From: Actinomycetes bacterium
Lineage (GTDB): Bacteria; Actinomycetota; UBA4738; HRBIN12
Direction: 5' to 3'
Assembly: GCA_031423155.1 (NCBI GenBank)
Contig: JANPEZ010000033.1
Location: 30,125 to 94,124 of the forward strand
Length of the DNA stretch: 64,000 nucleotides
The position numbers and the translations under genes were made by a program. The notes under the pieces are model-generated. The model was not told the DNA's origin, made no database searches, and worked only from the letters and a program-made list of their open reading frames with translations. Position 1 is the stretch's first letter. Every line of letters begins with the position of its first letter. Below are positions 28,653 through 37,738 of this stretch, in pieces.

Positions 28653-30116
28653 GTGGGGGCAATGGCACCGAACGACAGCAAGACCCTCGTCACCCTCATC
28701 CCAGGAGACGGGATAGGACCGGAGGTCGTCGCCGCCGCGCGCCGGATCGTCGCCGCCGCCGGAGCTCCCATCAAGTGGGAGGAGACCGAGGCCGGGGCCG
28801 AGGTCTTCAAGAAAGGCCTGCCCTCAGGCGTTCCGGCCGAAACCATCGACTCGATATCACGCACGCGAGTGGCCCTGAAGGGTCCGCTGGAAACACCCAT
28901 CGGCTTCGGCGAGAAGTCCGCGAACGTCACACTTCGAAAGCTCTTCGAGACCTACGCGAACGTCCGACCCGTACGCGAGATGCCCGGAGTAAAGACCCCT
29001 TACAGCGGCCGGGGCGTAGACCTGGTCATCGTCCGCGAGAACGTGGAGGACCTGTACGCCGGCATCGAGCACATGCAGACACCCGGGGTAGCCCAATGCC
29101 TGAAGCTGATAAGCGTCAAGGGCTCGGAGAAGATCGCGCGCTTCGCCTTCGAGTACGCCCGCAGTGAGGGACGCTCCAGCGTGGCGTGCGCGACGAAGGC
29201 CAACATCATGAAGTTCACGGAAGGGACGTTGAAGAGGGTCTTCGAGCAGGTTGCGCCCGAGTATCCCGAGATCGAGTCCTGGCACGTCATCATCGACAAC
29301 TGTGCCCACCAGCTCGTCAAGAAGCCCGAGCAGTTCGACGTGATCGTCACGACCAACATGAACGGGGACATCATCAGCGATCTGTCCTCGGCCCTGGTCG
29401 GAGGCCTCGGGTTCGCTCCCAGCGCGAACATCGGCAACGAGATCGCCATCTTCGAGGCGGTTCACGGCTCGGCTCCGAAATACGCCGGAAAGAACGTGAT
29501 CAACCCGACCGCGATGATCATGTCGGCCGTGATGATGCTGCGATATCTGGAGATGTTCGAACAGGCCGACGCGATCGAACACGCGATCGGTGTCACGCTT
29601 GAAGAGGGAGTGCTCACCGGCGACGTCCTGGGCTACGACCGCGGAACCCCGACCTCCGAGTACACGGACGCGATCATCGGCAACCTCGGTAAGCGCTCGC
29701 AGACCTGGACGGTGAGAGATCACACTCCTTTGAAACTCCCGGTGCTTCGATCGGACCCCGACTACGTAAGGCCGGCCTCCCGCGCCGTCGTTGGCATGGA
29801 CGTCTTCATCGAATCACCGCTCTCGGCAACGGAGCTGGGGGCCTCGCTCATGGAGCTATCCCAGGACACGAGGCTCTCGCTGAAGATGGTCTCGAGCCGG
29901 GGAACGAAGGTCTTTCCCCCCACGGGGGCGATCACCGACACGCTGGATCACTGGCGAGCCCGCTTCATCATCAAGGAGAGCCCCGGAGACCTACCCGACG
30001 AGGACGTGCATCAGCTCCTGGCAAGGATCAGCCGCCGCCACAAGTGGATGCACATCGAGAAGCTTCAGGAGTTCGACGGCGAACTCGGCTTCACCAGGGA
30101 TCAAGGCGAGAACTAG
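28653..30116 (+). CDS. icd: isocitrate dehydrogenase, long (Thermus-type) form with about 150-aa extra C-terminal domain
   Basis: [11 protein letters not shown]...[15 protein letters not shown]...[11 protein letters not shown]...[14 protein letters not shown] core. The residues after about 335 form an additional domain. Confidence 0.85.
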   Translation: MGAMAPNDSKTLVTLIPGDGIGPEVVAAARRIVAAAGAPIKWEETEAGAEVFKKGLPSGVPAETIDSISRTRVALKGPLETPIGFGEKSANVTLRKLFETYANVRPVREMPGVKTPYSGRGVDLVIVRENVEDLYAGIEHMQTPGVAQCLKLISVKGSEKIARFAFEYARSEGRSSVACATKANIMKFTEGTLKRVFEQVAPEYPEIESWHVIIDNCAHQLVKKPEQFDVIVTTNMNGDIISDLSSALVGGLGFAPSANIGNEIAIFEAVHGSAPKYAGKNVINPTAMIMSAVMMLRYLEMFEQADAIEHAIGVTLEEGVLTGDVLGYDRGTPTSEYTDAIIGNLGKRSQTWTVRDHTPLKLPVLRSDPDYVRPASRAVVGMDVFIESPLSATELGASLMELSQDTRLSLKMVSSRGTKVFPPTGAITDTLDHWRARFIIKESPGDLPDEDVHQLLARISRRHKWMHIEKLQEFDGELGFTRDQGEN

Positions 30117-30285
30117 GGTCCAAAGGCTCGACCTCGAGCAGCTGCAGCGCGGTCGAACCCCAGATAGAGGCGGCCTGGCGGATCCGCTCCTTCATCTCGG
30201 AGTCGCGCAGCTCCTCGGTCCTGGCGATCGCCTCGGCGATACCGGCGTCGTCGTTGGATGCGTCCTTCAGTCTCCTGCCGTACAT
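30091..30285 (-). CDS. small acidic hypothetical protein (64 aa)
   Basis: GGAGGGAGG SD 7 nt upstream of the ATG. Overlaps the icd 3' end by 26 nt. Confidence 0.4.
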   Translation of the reverse strand: MYGRRLKDASNDDAGIAEAIARTEELRDSEMKERIRQAASIWGSTALQLLEVEPLDPSSRLDPW

Positions 30286-30455
30286 ATGGCCGCCTCCCTC
30301 CGAGGAGTCGCTATGCGACCTTTATCGGCTCGGATGCGGCCATACCTGAGTCCGGGTAGACGGAGATACCCGAATGGAGTAGAGGAACTCACCGGGGCCA
30401 TGCCCTCGAGCCGGCCTGGAACCGCTGTTAACCTATGCCGCGCCGCGCCTCACGA

Positions 30456-30530
30456 GGTCCCATCGTCTAGAGGCCTAGGACACTACCCTCTCAAGGTAGA
30501 GACACGGGTTCGAATCCCGTTGGGACTACC
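30456..30530 (+). tRNA. tRNA-Glu (anticodon CUC)
   Basis: GGTCCCATCGTCTAGAGGCCTAGGAC..., anticodon loop CTCTCAA, T-arm ACGGGTTCGAATCCCGT, acceptor 3' TGGGACT plus A and CC. Strongly similar to canonical tRNA-Glu. Coordinates were verified against the spanning ORF 30286..30567. Confidence 0.9.
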
Positions 30531-30614
30531 CCAACGCATTGCCGCAATGGCGAAGCGTGTGGTCTGATGCCTGACCCCAGGATGAGGGCCGCCCCACCTA
30601 TCCAGGCAAGGAGC

Positions 30615-32075
30615 ATGGCGATCGCGACGTCCCGAAGGCTGCCGAAACTGACCATGATCGCCGCTATGGCGGTCGCTTCGGCGTCCTGCGGAGGAACCCC
30701 TGGTGCCTCGCCATCCGCGAACACGACTGCCCCCACCGGCGTTGCAAGCACGGCCGCTCCGGTCCCGAGTTGCTTCGGCATGGCGCCCACGATCGTCGGC
30801 ACGGCCGGCAACGACGTGATCGAGGGTACCGACGCCGCCGACGTCATCGTCGGGCTCACGGGGAACGATTCGATCGCGGGGGTTCACGGCGGCGACCGGA
30901 TCTGCGGCGGCGAGGGAGACGACAGTCTGATCGGGCTGGACGGGAGTGACAGGATCCGCGGCGGCCCGGGCGATGATGGTCTCTTCGGCGTTCACGGCAG
31001 CGACGTCCTGCTGGGAGGCGGCGGTACCGACGTTATGACCGGGGGCCAGGCCGATCCGGGCTCGGACCGGATGGTCGGCGGTCCGGGCGATGACTACCTG
31101 CTGAATGCCGGGCCGGGCGATGACCAGCTCTCCGGGGGAACCGGTGAAGACGTCCTAAGCGCCCACAACGACGCCGACTCCCTGTCCGGTGGGGGTGGCA
31201 ACGACATCCTTTGGGCCGCGGAAGGAAGCGACGACGCCAACGGAGGCGCCGGCCACGATCGGATCTACGGCGGCATCGGCGACGACGCGTTGAGGGGCGG
31301 GACCGGAGACGACATCGTCGACGGAAGCCTGGACACGAACTCGCTGAACGGTGGCGCCGACCAGGACTCCTGCCTACAGGGGAAAGCCACGGCCTGCGAG
31401 TCGACGAGCCCGAGCAGGCCTACCCCGCCATCGGGTGGGTCCTCCAGGTGCGCCGGGTTGAGAGCGACGATCGTGGGAACGCGAGGGAACGACTACCTGG
31501 TGGGGACACCGAGCTCCGACGTCATAGCCGGGCTCGGGGGCGACGATGTGGTGTCGGGTCTCGGAAGCGATGACGTCATCTGCGGGAACGAGGGCGACGA
31601 CGTACTCCTGCCGGGTATCGGCAACGACACAGCTCTCGGGGGGGCGGGTCGCGATGGGATATTCGGCGATGCCGGCGACGACGCGCTCGACGGGGACGGC
31701 GGGGGTGATGTCCTGGTCGGCGATTCGGGCGATGACCTGATGCAGGGCTCGGGAGGCAACGACTTCCTGTCCGGTGAGAGCGGGGTGGACCGGCTGCTCG
31801 GCGGCGGGGGGGTCGACGCCATGCACGGCGGCAGCAGTTCCGATGTGATCCTCGGAGGCCCCGACGATGACGCGGCCTACGGCGGTGACGGGAACGAGAC
31901 CATCCGGGGCGGCTCGGGCAACGATCACATGTACGGCGGCTTCAACGACGACTCGATCTTCGGCGGCACCGGCGATGACGTCCTGGCGGGCGATCGTGGG
32001 AACAACCCCATCGACGGTGGCGATGGTATCGACGTCTGCCTTGACAGCACGACGGTTACCGCCTGCGAGGGGTAG
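30615..32075 (+). CDS. lipoprotein with two hemolysin-type (RTX-like) Ca2+-binding repeat blocks
   Basis: Lipobox MIAAMAVASASC. Two blocks each opening C..TIVGTxGNDxLxGTxxxDVIxGLxGxD, followed by GGxGxD nonapeptides. Starts 85 nt after tRNA-Glu. Confidence 0.75.
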   Translation: MAIATSRRLPKLTMIAAMAVASASCGGTPGASPSANTTAPTGVASTAAPVPSCFGMAPTIVGTAGNDVIEGTDAADVIVGLTGNDSIAGVHGGDRICGGEGDDSLIGLDGSDRIRGGPGDDGLFGVHGSDVLLGGGGTDVMTGGQADPGSDRMVGGPGDDYLLNAGPGDDQLSGGTGEDVLSAHNDADSLSGGGGNDILWAAEGSDDANGGAGHDRIYGGIGDDALRGGTGDDIVDGSLDTNSLNGGADQDSCLQGKATACESTSPSRPTPPSGGSSRCAGLRATIVGTRGNDYLVGTPSSDVIAGLGGDDVVSGLGSDDVICGNEGDDVLLPGIGNDTALGGAGRDGIFGDAGDDALDGDGGGDVLVGDSGDDLMQGSGGNDFLSGESGVDRLLGGGGVDAMHGGSSSDVILGGPDDDAAYGGDGNETIRGGSGNDHMYGGFNDDSIFGGTGDDVLAGDRGNNPIDGGDGIDVCLDSTTVTACEG

Positions 32076-32081
32076 GTACGC

Positions 32082-32198
32082 ATGGGCAAGCGACCTCCAT
32101 TCGATCGCAAGAAGGTCCGCGCCGTGCTCGAGACCATCTGGCTCATCATCTTCTTCCTCGGTGCGACTGCCTTCGTGGTCGTGAAGGTGACCGCATGA
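32082..32198 (+). CDS. 38-aa single-TM anchor ORF (MGKRPPFDRKKVRAVLETIWLIIFFLGATAFVVVKVTA)
   Basis: Positive-inside N-terminus plus one TM helix. Ends at a TGA that is in frame with the following 175-aa ORF. Too short to appear in the ORF track. Confidence 0.35.
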   Translation: MGKRPPFDRKKVRAVLETIWLIIFFLGATAFVVVKVTA

Positions 32199-32219
32199 CA
32201 GTGCGACCCCCCACTGGGC

Positions 32220-32747
32220 ATGACGGGCGTTCCCGAATCGGAAACGGTCGTCGGTGAAGGCATAAGGGACATCCCCCCTCCGTGGCCTGTGGACAACGCG
32301 ACCCTCGCGGCTCGGATGGATCGCATCGGCATGCGCCCTGTCGATCCGGACACCCTGGATCCCCAGCGCCGATATGTTCACATCGATGTAGTGATCGGCG
32401 GCAAGCCCGTTACGGTTCCGGCCGACATCGGCATCGGGCCAGGTATCACCGCGCCTATCCAGACCCACGATCCCTCGGGAGTCGTCACGGTGATCGGTGA
32501 GGAGTCCTACTCGCTTCGAGCCCTCTTCGCGATCTGGGGCGTGCGGTTCACGGCCAACGAGATAGGAGACGTCTGCAACGAGGGCGGGCGTGTACTGAGG
32601 GTCTTCGTCGACGGCAGACCTAACGTCGGCGACCTGCTCAACATCCCGTTGGTCGCGGACGAGGGGAACCAGGAGATACTCGTCGTCTACGGAACGGAGT
32701 CCGAGTTGCCCAGTCCCCTGCCATCGAGCTACCCGTTCCCCGACTAG
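32220..32747 (+). CDS. hypothetical 175-aa domain protein, possibly the extracytoplasmic domain of a membrane-anchored protein
   Basis: No SD before the ATG. In the same frame as the upstream TM ORF across a single TGA at 32196-32198. Confidence 0.5.
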   Translation: MTGVPESETVVGEGIRDIPPPWPVDNATLAARMDRIGMRPVDPDTLDPQRRYVHIDVVIGGKPVTVPADIGIGPGITAPIQTHDPSGVVTVIGEESYSLRALFAIWGVRFTANEIGDVCNEGGRVLRVFVDGRPNVGDLLNIPLVADEGNQEILVVYGTESELPSPLPSSYPFPD

Positions 32748-34183
32748 GGGGTCGGGTCCAGGATGAGTGGCGGGAGAGGCTCCTGCGTGAAATCGAAGAT
32801 CGTCGACAGGTCGCCCAAGATCGCCTCGTTCTCCCTGACGGTAGGCCTGGAATCGGGCCGGCCATCGGTTGCCGGGTCGAGGCGCTGGCCTCCCAGGAAC
32901 CGGTCCTCGATCAACTTCAGGTAGGCATCGAAGGACAACACCTGTGAGTCGATCGACCCGGGCTTCACCCAGGGGCTGATCACGAGCCCGGGAACGCGGA
33001 GTCCGTAGCCATTCCCCCCGGCAACCCTTGGGGGCACGACGTGATCGTAGAAACCGCCCCAGTCGTCCCAGGTCAAGAAGATCGCGGTCGACTCCCAGTC
33101 CGGTCCGTTCATGGCCGCATTTATCATCCGGGTCACGTAAGCCTGACCGCTGCGGATCGGCGTCCCCGATCCGGGATGTTCGCTCGCCTGGTTCCCCGGA
33201 ACCAGCCAAGAGACCGACGGCAAAGTGCCGGAGGCCGCAGCCGCCGTGAAATCGTCGTGCCACTGGATCCTGTCGAGCTGGTCGTTCTCGTTGACGTCGA
33301 CGAAGCCGGGCAGCGTGTTCTTCCCCGACGGCGTCGAACCGTATGGCCCCGCGGTCGAGTCGCACTTGACGCTCTTGTCCACGCAGGTGCCCCGGCCGGT
33401 GTAGTAGGCCCAGCTAACACCCTGTTCGTGGAGGAGGTATGTGATGTCGGTCCAGGCATAGATAGGTGGCCGCCCGTACCGATGCTGCTCGCCTTCGCCC
33501 CGAAGGTCCACGTTGGAACGACACGACATCGGGTCGGCCGGGTCGGAGCAGACCGCGGCCCATGCAGACACGAGGTACAGGTGCGCGGGCAGGGTCCATG
33601 AGTCGGTCGGTGCGAACATCCGGTCCTGCAACATGAAGTTGTCAGCGTAGGCCCAGTAGTTCGGGATCTCAGTCCGGGTGTGGTAGGCGAGGACGTCGGG
33701 CTGGTCTTCAGGTCCGAGGAAGTCCTCGCACCCGGCCTTGAAACGGTCGCCTGCACAGCTCGACGTCTGCTTGGCAGCCTCCCTGACGAAACCGTCCATC
33801 AGGCCGCCGTTGATGTCGCCGATCGAGGCCGGCTGAGCGTGCGGCCCGCCCTCTGCGAACTGGTTCGTCGAGTGGTACGGCCGCGAGCAGTGTCCAAGGA
33901 CGGGATCGGGGATGCAGACCTTCGGAGTGCCGTCGGCTCTCATCGCGATACCGTCCGCGCCCGGGTACGTGCCGAAGTAATGATCGAACGAACGGTTCTC
34001 CTGAACGATGAAGATCAGGTGCTCGATCTTCTCCAACCCCGGAGGGACCGGCGTCGGCGTAACGGGGGGTGTTGGAGTGGTTGAACCCGGGCCCGAGCAG
34101 GCGGCCAGCAGCGTGAGCGCCGTGATCGTCCCCAGCCAGAGCCGGGATCGGCGACGCGCGAGGACCGGCCGACGTGCAGACAT
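32744..34183 (-). CDS. secreted phosphoesterase, PlcN/AcpA family, paralog 2
   Basis: [22 protein letters not shown]...[13 protein letters not shown]. Lipoprotein signal LTLLAACSG. About 70% nt identity to paralog 1 at the C-terminal end. Confidence 0.85.
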   Translation of the reverse strand: MSARRPVLARRRSRLWLGTITALTLLAACSGPGSTTPTPPVTPTPVPPGLEKIEHLIFIVQENRSFDHYFGTYPGADGIAMRADGTPKVCIPDPVLGHCSRPYHSTNQFAEGGPHAQPASIGDINGGLMDGFVREAAKQTSSCAGDRFKAGCEDFLGPEDQPDVLAYHTRTEIPNYWAYADNFMLQDRMFAPTDSWTLPAHLYLVSAWAAVCSDPADPMSCRSNVDLRGEGEQHRYGRPPIYAWTDITYLLHEQGVSWAYYTGRGTCVDKSVKCDSTAGPYGSTPSGKNTLPGFVDVNENDQLDRIQWHDDFTAAAASGTLPSVSWLVPGNQASEHPGSGTPIRSGQAYVTRMINAAMNGPDWESTAIFLTWDDWGGFYDHVVPPRVAGGNGYGLRVPGLVISPWVKPGSIDSQVLSFDAYLKLIEDRFLGGQRLDPATDGRPDSRPTVRENEAILGDLSTIFDFTQEPLPPLILDPTP

Positions 34184-34231
34184 GGCGCAAACCCTACCCG
34201 GGAGAGGAAGTGGCGACGAACTTCGCGGATC

Positions 34232-34447
34232 TCAGTCTCGACGCGTCCCGATGACCGGGTTGGTGTGGCACTCGCAGATGTCGTCGGTGCAGCCGGTCTT
34301 GCGCTTGACCCCCGGCTCCCAGACGAGGTCGTGATCGTCCTCGGCGAACAGGTATCCGCACCCGCACCAGTAGCAGACGTCGTGCAGGACCTGGTGCCAG
34401 GTACCCAGAGAGTCCTGGCGCTCCGGCAGGCTGAGAGTCTTGGGCAT
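34232..34447 (-). CDS. small Cys-rich (putative zinc-ribbon) hypothetical protein
   Basis: 71 aa with CYWCGCGY...CTDDICEC. GGGGGAGGG SD-like element 3 nt upstream. Confidence 0.35.
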   Translation of the reverse strand: MPKTLSLPERQDSLGTWHQVLHDVCYWCGCGYLFAEDDHDLVWEPGVKRKTGCTDDICECHTNPVIGTRRD

Positions 34448-34522
34448 CTACCCTCCCCCATCTCACGCGGGGCCGCGCCCCTCGACCCTACGACTCCGCA
34501 GGCGCCTAGCCAAGCCTCTCCG

Positions 34523-35236
34523 CTAGCAATCCGGACTCCAAACCGGACCGGCTCCCGCCCTGACCCCCACGGAGCGCGCCAGATCCCGGATCCGGCCGCG
34601 GTAGATCTTCATGTCGGGCCTGCTCCAGTCCGAGTGGGTCATGCACCTCCATTCCGGGTATCGCTCGCGGTGGTAGGGGCTGTCCAGGCTCTCCGCGTGC
34701 CCGATAACGTTGCCCACATTGATGTCGTACTTCTGCATCAGCCAGAGGGTCAGCGCCAGCGAGGAGTCCATCATCGCGTCGTTCCGCAGGATCTGGCTCT
34801 CGCTCGTTCCGACGTGCTCGATCCCGATCGAGGTCTGGTTGATGCCGATCACATGCCGGCACCTGATCCTTAGCCTGACGAGTTGATAGATCGTTCCGTC
34901 GGTGTCGATGATGAAGTGTGTGCAGGTCCCGGGAAGTTCCCCCAGATGCCTGGCGTTCGAGGCGAACGTTTCCCACGCCCCCGAGTAGGTCGTGCCGTCG
35001 GTGTAGTGCTCGACGATGACACGCGGGCCGGTCAGATGCCAGGTCCGCCTGCCGTAGTGACGCAGCGAGTACGCGGCCATCTGGCGTTTGCGGTCGGCAC
35101 CGAACGCGATGGGGTCCGCGGCGATGACCGGCTTGGAAACCGTTGCCGCCCTCGCGCGAACGGTCGCGGGTGAAGCCAGCGAGAACAAGGAGGAAATCAC
35201 TGCGGCGGTGAGCAGCAGGGTCGCCGATCGCCTCAT
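34523..35236 (-). CDS. secreted N-acetylmuramoyl-L-alanine amidase (amidase_2/PGRP domain)
   Basis: Signal peptide followed by IVEHYTDG...CTHFIIDTDGTIYQLV...IGIEHVG...GHAESLDSPYHRERYPEW. Confidence 0.8.
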   Translation of the reverse strand: MRRSATLLLTAAVISSLFSLASPATVRARAATVSKPVIAADPIAFGADRKRQMAAYSLRHYGRRTWHLTGPRVIVEHYTDGTTYSGAWETFASNARHLGELPGTCTHFIIDTDGTIYQLVRLRIRCRHVIGINQTSIGIEHVGTSESQILRNDAMMDSSLALTLWLMQKYDINVGNVIGHAESLDSPYHRERYPEWRCMTHSDWSRPDMKIYRGRIRDLARSVGVRAGAGPVWSPDC

Positions 35237-36654
35237 CGAGCCGAGCCGACCAAGCGAGCTACCGTTCGATCCCTCCCGAGCAACTCGAGGGACTGCGGCA
35301 AGGGCGGTGAGACGTTGGATCCGGTAACCGCTGCTCGGATCGGTTGCCAGCCCTTCGTGCGATTCAGCCCGGCGCTTTCGGCGAGCCCGTCGAGGGCCTC
35401 CTGGATCGCCTCAGCCGTCCACGGATCGAGCGTCTCGAGCCTTTCGGTGGCGGCCGCCAGGTACCCCTCGGGAGCCTTCTCGATGAGGCCGGCGGCCTTC
35501 TCGTTCGGCTCGACATCGTCGGAGAACAAGAACCTGAGCAGCTCGACCGACTCCGCCAGCGTCTTCATCCGCTCTTTGACGAGTGGCATCGCGCGGCCGA
35601 GGAGCACGGGGTCCACCAGCAGTCCGGCCTCGGTCAAGAATCGCACGCAACGCGACGCGAGATCGTCGTCCTCCAGTGTCTGGATGTAGTGGTTGTTCAT
35701 CCACTCGAGCTTGGCGGTATCGAATGCGGCCGGGTTCGACGAGACGCGGTCAAGGTCGAACGAGGCGATCAGCTCCTCGCGCGAGACCAGCGTCGTCTCC
35801 GCGTCCTTGGACCAGCCGAGAAGTGAGAGGTAGTTCATCAAGGCCTCGGGGACGATCCCCTGTTCGCGGAAGGCTTCGACGCTGGTCGAGCCGTGACGCT
35901 TGGAGAGGGGCTGCCGGTCGGGCCCGAGCACCTGGGGAACGTGGGCGTAGACCGGGGGGGTTCCCCCGAGGGCTTGGATCACGGCGGCGTTGCGTGGGCC
36001 GCTCGCCAGAAGATCGTCGCCCCGGATCACGTGGGTGACACCCATAAGCATGTCGTCGACCGCAACCGCGAGCAGGAAGACGGGCGAGCCGTCCGAGCGC
36101 ACGATGACGAAGTCTCCCAACTGCCCCGGCGGGAAACGAACCTCTCCTTTGACGAGGTCGCTCAAGACGTGCTCGCCTTCGGTCATAGCGAAACGCAGCG
36201 CGGAGGGGCGAGCTTGGGCCTCGTGTGCGGCGCGCTCTTCTTCCGTTAGCACTCGGCAGCGGCCGTCGTAGCCGGGAGGTCGCCCGGCGGCGAGTGCCGC
36301 CTTGCGGCGCGCGTCCAGCTCTTCGGCGGTGCAGTAGCAGCGATAGGCGTGGCCGGACGCCAGGAGCCGATCGGCGTGCTCCCGGTAGATGTCGAGCCGC
36401 TGGGACTGGCGGTACGGCTCGAACGGGCCGCCGACGTCCGGGCCCTCGTCCCAGTCGATCCCGAGCCAGGCGAGCGATTCCAGAACGCCGCGGTAGGCCT
36501 CCTCGGTGACTCGGCTGGCATCGGTGTCCTCGACGCGCAGGATGAACTCGCCTCCGTGATGGCGGGCGAAGGCCCAGCTGAACAGCCCCGTCCTGACGTT
36601 TCCGACGTGAAGGGAACCGCTGGGAGCCGGCGCGAAGCGCGCGCGGACCTTCAC
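35233..36654 (-). CDS. gltX: glutamate--tRNA ligase (presumably non-discriminating)
   Basis: GTG start giving VKVRARFAPAPSGSLHVGNVRTGLFSWAFARHHGG (HIGH), then KLSKR-like SKRHGSTS. The ORF-track 102-aa N-terminal extension is rejected. Confidence 0.9.
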   Translation of the reverse strand: MKVRARFAPAPSGSLHVGNVRTGLFSWAFARHHGGEFILRVEDTDASRVTEEAYRGVLESLAWLGIDWDEGPDVGGPFEPYRQSQRLDIYREHADRLLASGHAYRCYCTAEELDARRKAALAAGRPPGYDGRCRVLTEEERAAHEAQARPSALRFAMTEGEHVLSDLVKGEVRFPPGQLGDFVIVRSDGSPVFLLAVAVDDMLMGVTHVIRGDDLLASGPRNAAVIQALGGTPPVYAHVPQVLGPDRQPLSKRHGSTSVEAFREQGIVPEALMNYLSLLGWSKDAETTLVSREELIASFDLDRVSSNPAAFDTAKLEWMNNHYIQTLEDDDLASRCVRFLTEAGLLVDPVLLGRAMPLVKERMKTLAESVELLRFLFSDDVEPNEKAAGLIEKAPEGYLAAATERLETLDPWTAEAIQEALDGLAESAGLNRTKGWQPIRAAVTGSNVSPPLPQSLELLGRDRTVARLVGSAR

Positions 36655-37418
36655 TTGACCGCCACCGGATTGCGGAGAACGCCGAGGCCGTCGATGTCTA
36701 TCTCCACCACATCGCCGGGAGCCAGCTTGCCCACACCCTCGGGGGTTCCGGTCAAGATGACGTCGCCCGGAAGCAGCGTCATGAACTCGGTTATGAACTC
36801 GATCAGGGTCGCCACGCCGAAGGCCAGATCGCTGGTGCGAGCGGATTGCCGGACTTCGCCATTCAGGCGGGTCTGCACCAGAACATCGGTCGGATCCAGG
36901 TCGGTCTCGATCCAGGGACCCAGAGGACACGAGCCGTCGAAGCCCTTGGCGCGGCTCCACTGGCCGTCCTTCTTCTGCAGATCCCTCAGCGTCACGTCGT
37001 TCGCACAGGTGTACCCCAGGATGTACCTGCCCGCGTCCTCCGTGCGAACGTTGCGCGCGATCTGTCCTATCACGACGGCGAGTTCTCCCTCGTAGTCCAC
37101 GCGGTGGCTGATCGGCAGCAATGGGATCGGATCACCGGGCCCGATAACCGCGGTCGACGGCTTCAAGAACATGAGGGGCTCCTCGGGAACCTCTCCGCCG
37201 AACTCGGCGGCGTGGGCGGCGTAGTTCTTGCCGATGGCCGCGATCTTCGAGGGAAGGATCGGCGCCAGCAACCGAACGTCGTCCAGCGGGACCTCCTCCC
37301 CGGTCGGGATCGGCCGGTCGAAGAACGTGCCTTCGATCACCTTGATCGTGTCACCGGAAGGGTCCTCGATGAAGCCGGTCGCTATGCGGTCGCCGAAGCG
37401 GAATCGAAGGAGTCTCAT
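36651..37418 (-). CDS. fumarylacetoacetate hydrolase (FAH) family protein
   Basis: 255 aa, KNYAAHAAE...VDYEGELAVVIGQ...LTGTPEGVG. Confidence 0.85.
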   Translation of the reverse strand: MRLLRFRFGDRIATGFIEDPSGDTIKVIEGTFFDRPIPTGEEVPLDDVRLLAPILPSKIAAIGKNYAAHAAEFGGEVPEEPLMFLKPSTAVIGPGDPIPLLPISHRVDYEGELAVVIGQIARNVRTEDAGRYILGYTCANDVTLRDLQKKDGQWSRAKGFDGSCPLGPWIETDLDPTDVLVQTRLNGEVRQSARTSDLAFGVATLIEFITEFMTLLPGDVILTGTPEGVGKLAPGDVVEIDIDGLGVLRNPVAVK

Positions 37419-37738
37419 GGCCTTCGAGGCTACCGCACGCAGTCTCTACGGAAACGTCTTACCGCCGTCGAAGGTGGAGCCGACCTTGCGCCAGTAGCCG
37501 GCGATCGGCTCCATGAGAACAGCGTCAGCGAAGCCTCCCCCGTCCAAACAGGTCCCAGTCCGGGGAACCGACGCGCTCACCACCTATCCGGTGCTCGGTG
37601 GAGACCTCGACTCCCTCGATGTCGGACTTGGCGAACGTTGCCGGGCTCCTCCCTGGAGGGTCGTTCGGGTTCGAACGGTAGGAGCGGCCGGAGAGCCTGT
37701 CAGGCGCAGCGGGCCCCCGTCGGTGGTTTGATACCCCC

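Noticed and set aside
32196-32260. Selenocysteine recoding at the in-frame TGA
   Set aside because: No stable SECIS-like stem-loop immediately downstream (only a weak CCCA/TGGG 4-bp pairing), and no selenoprotein context. Kept as a pseudogene or sequencing-error hypothesis in the findings.
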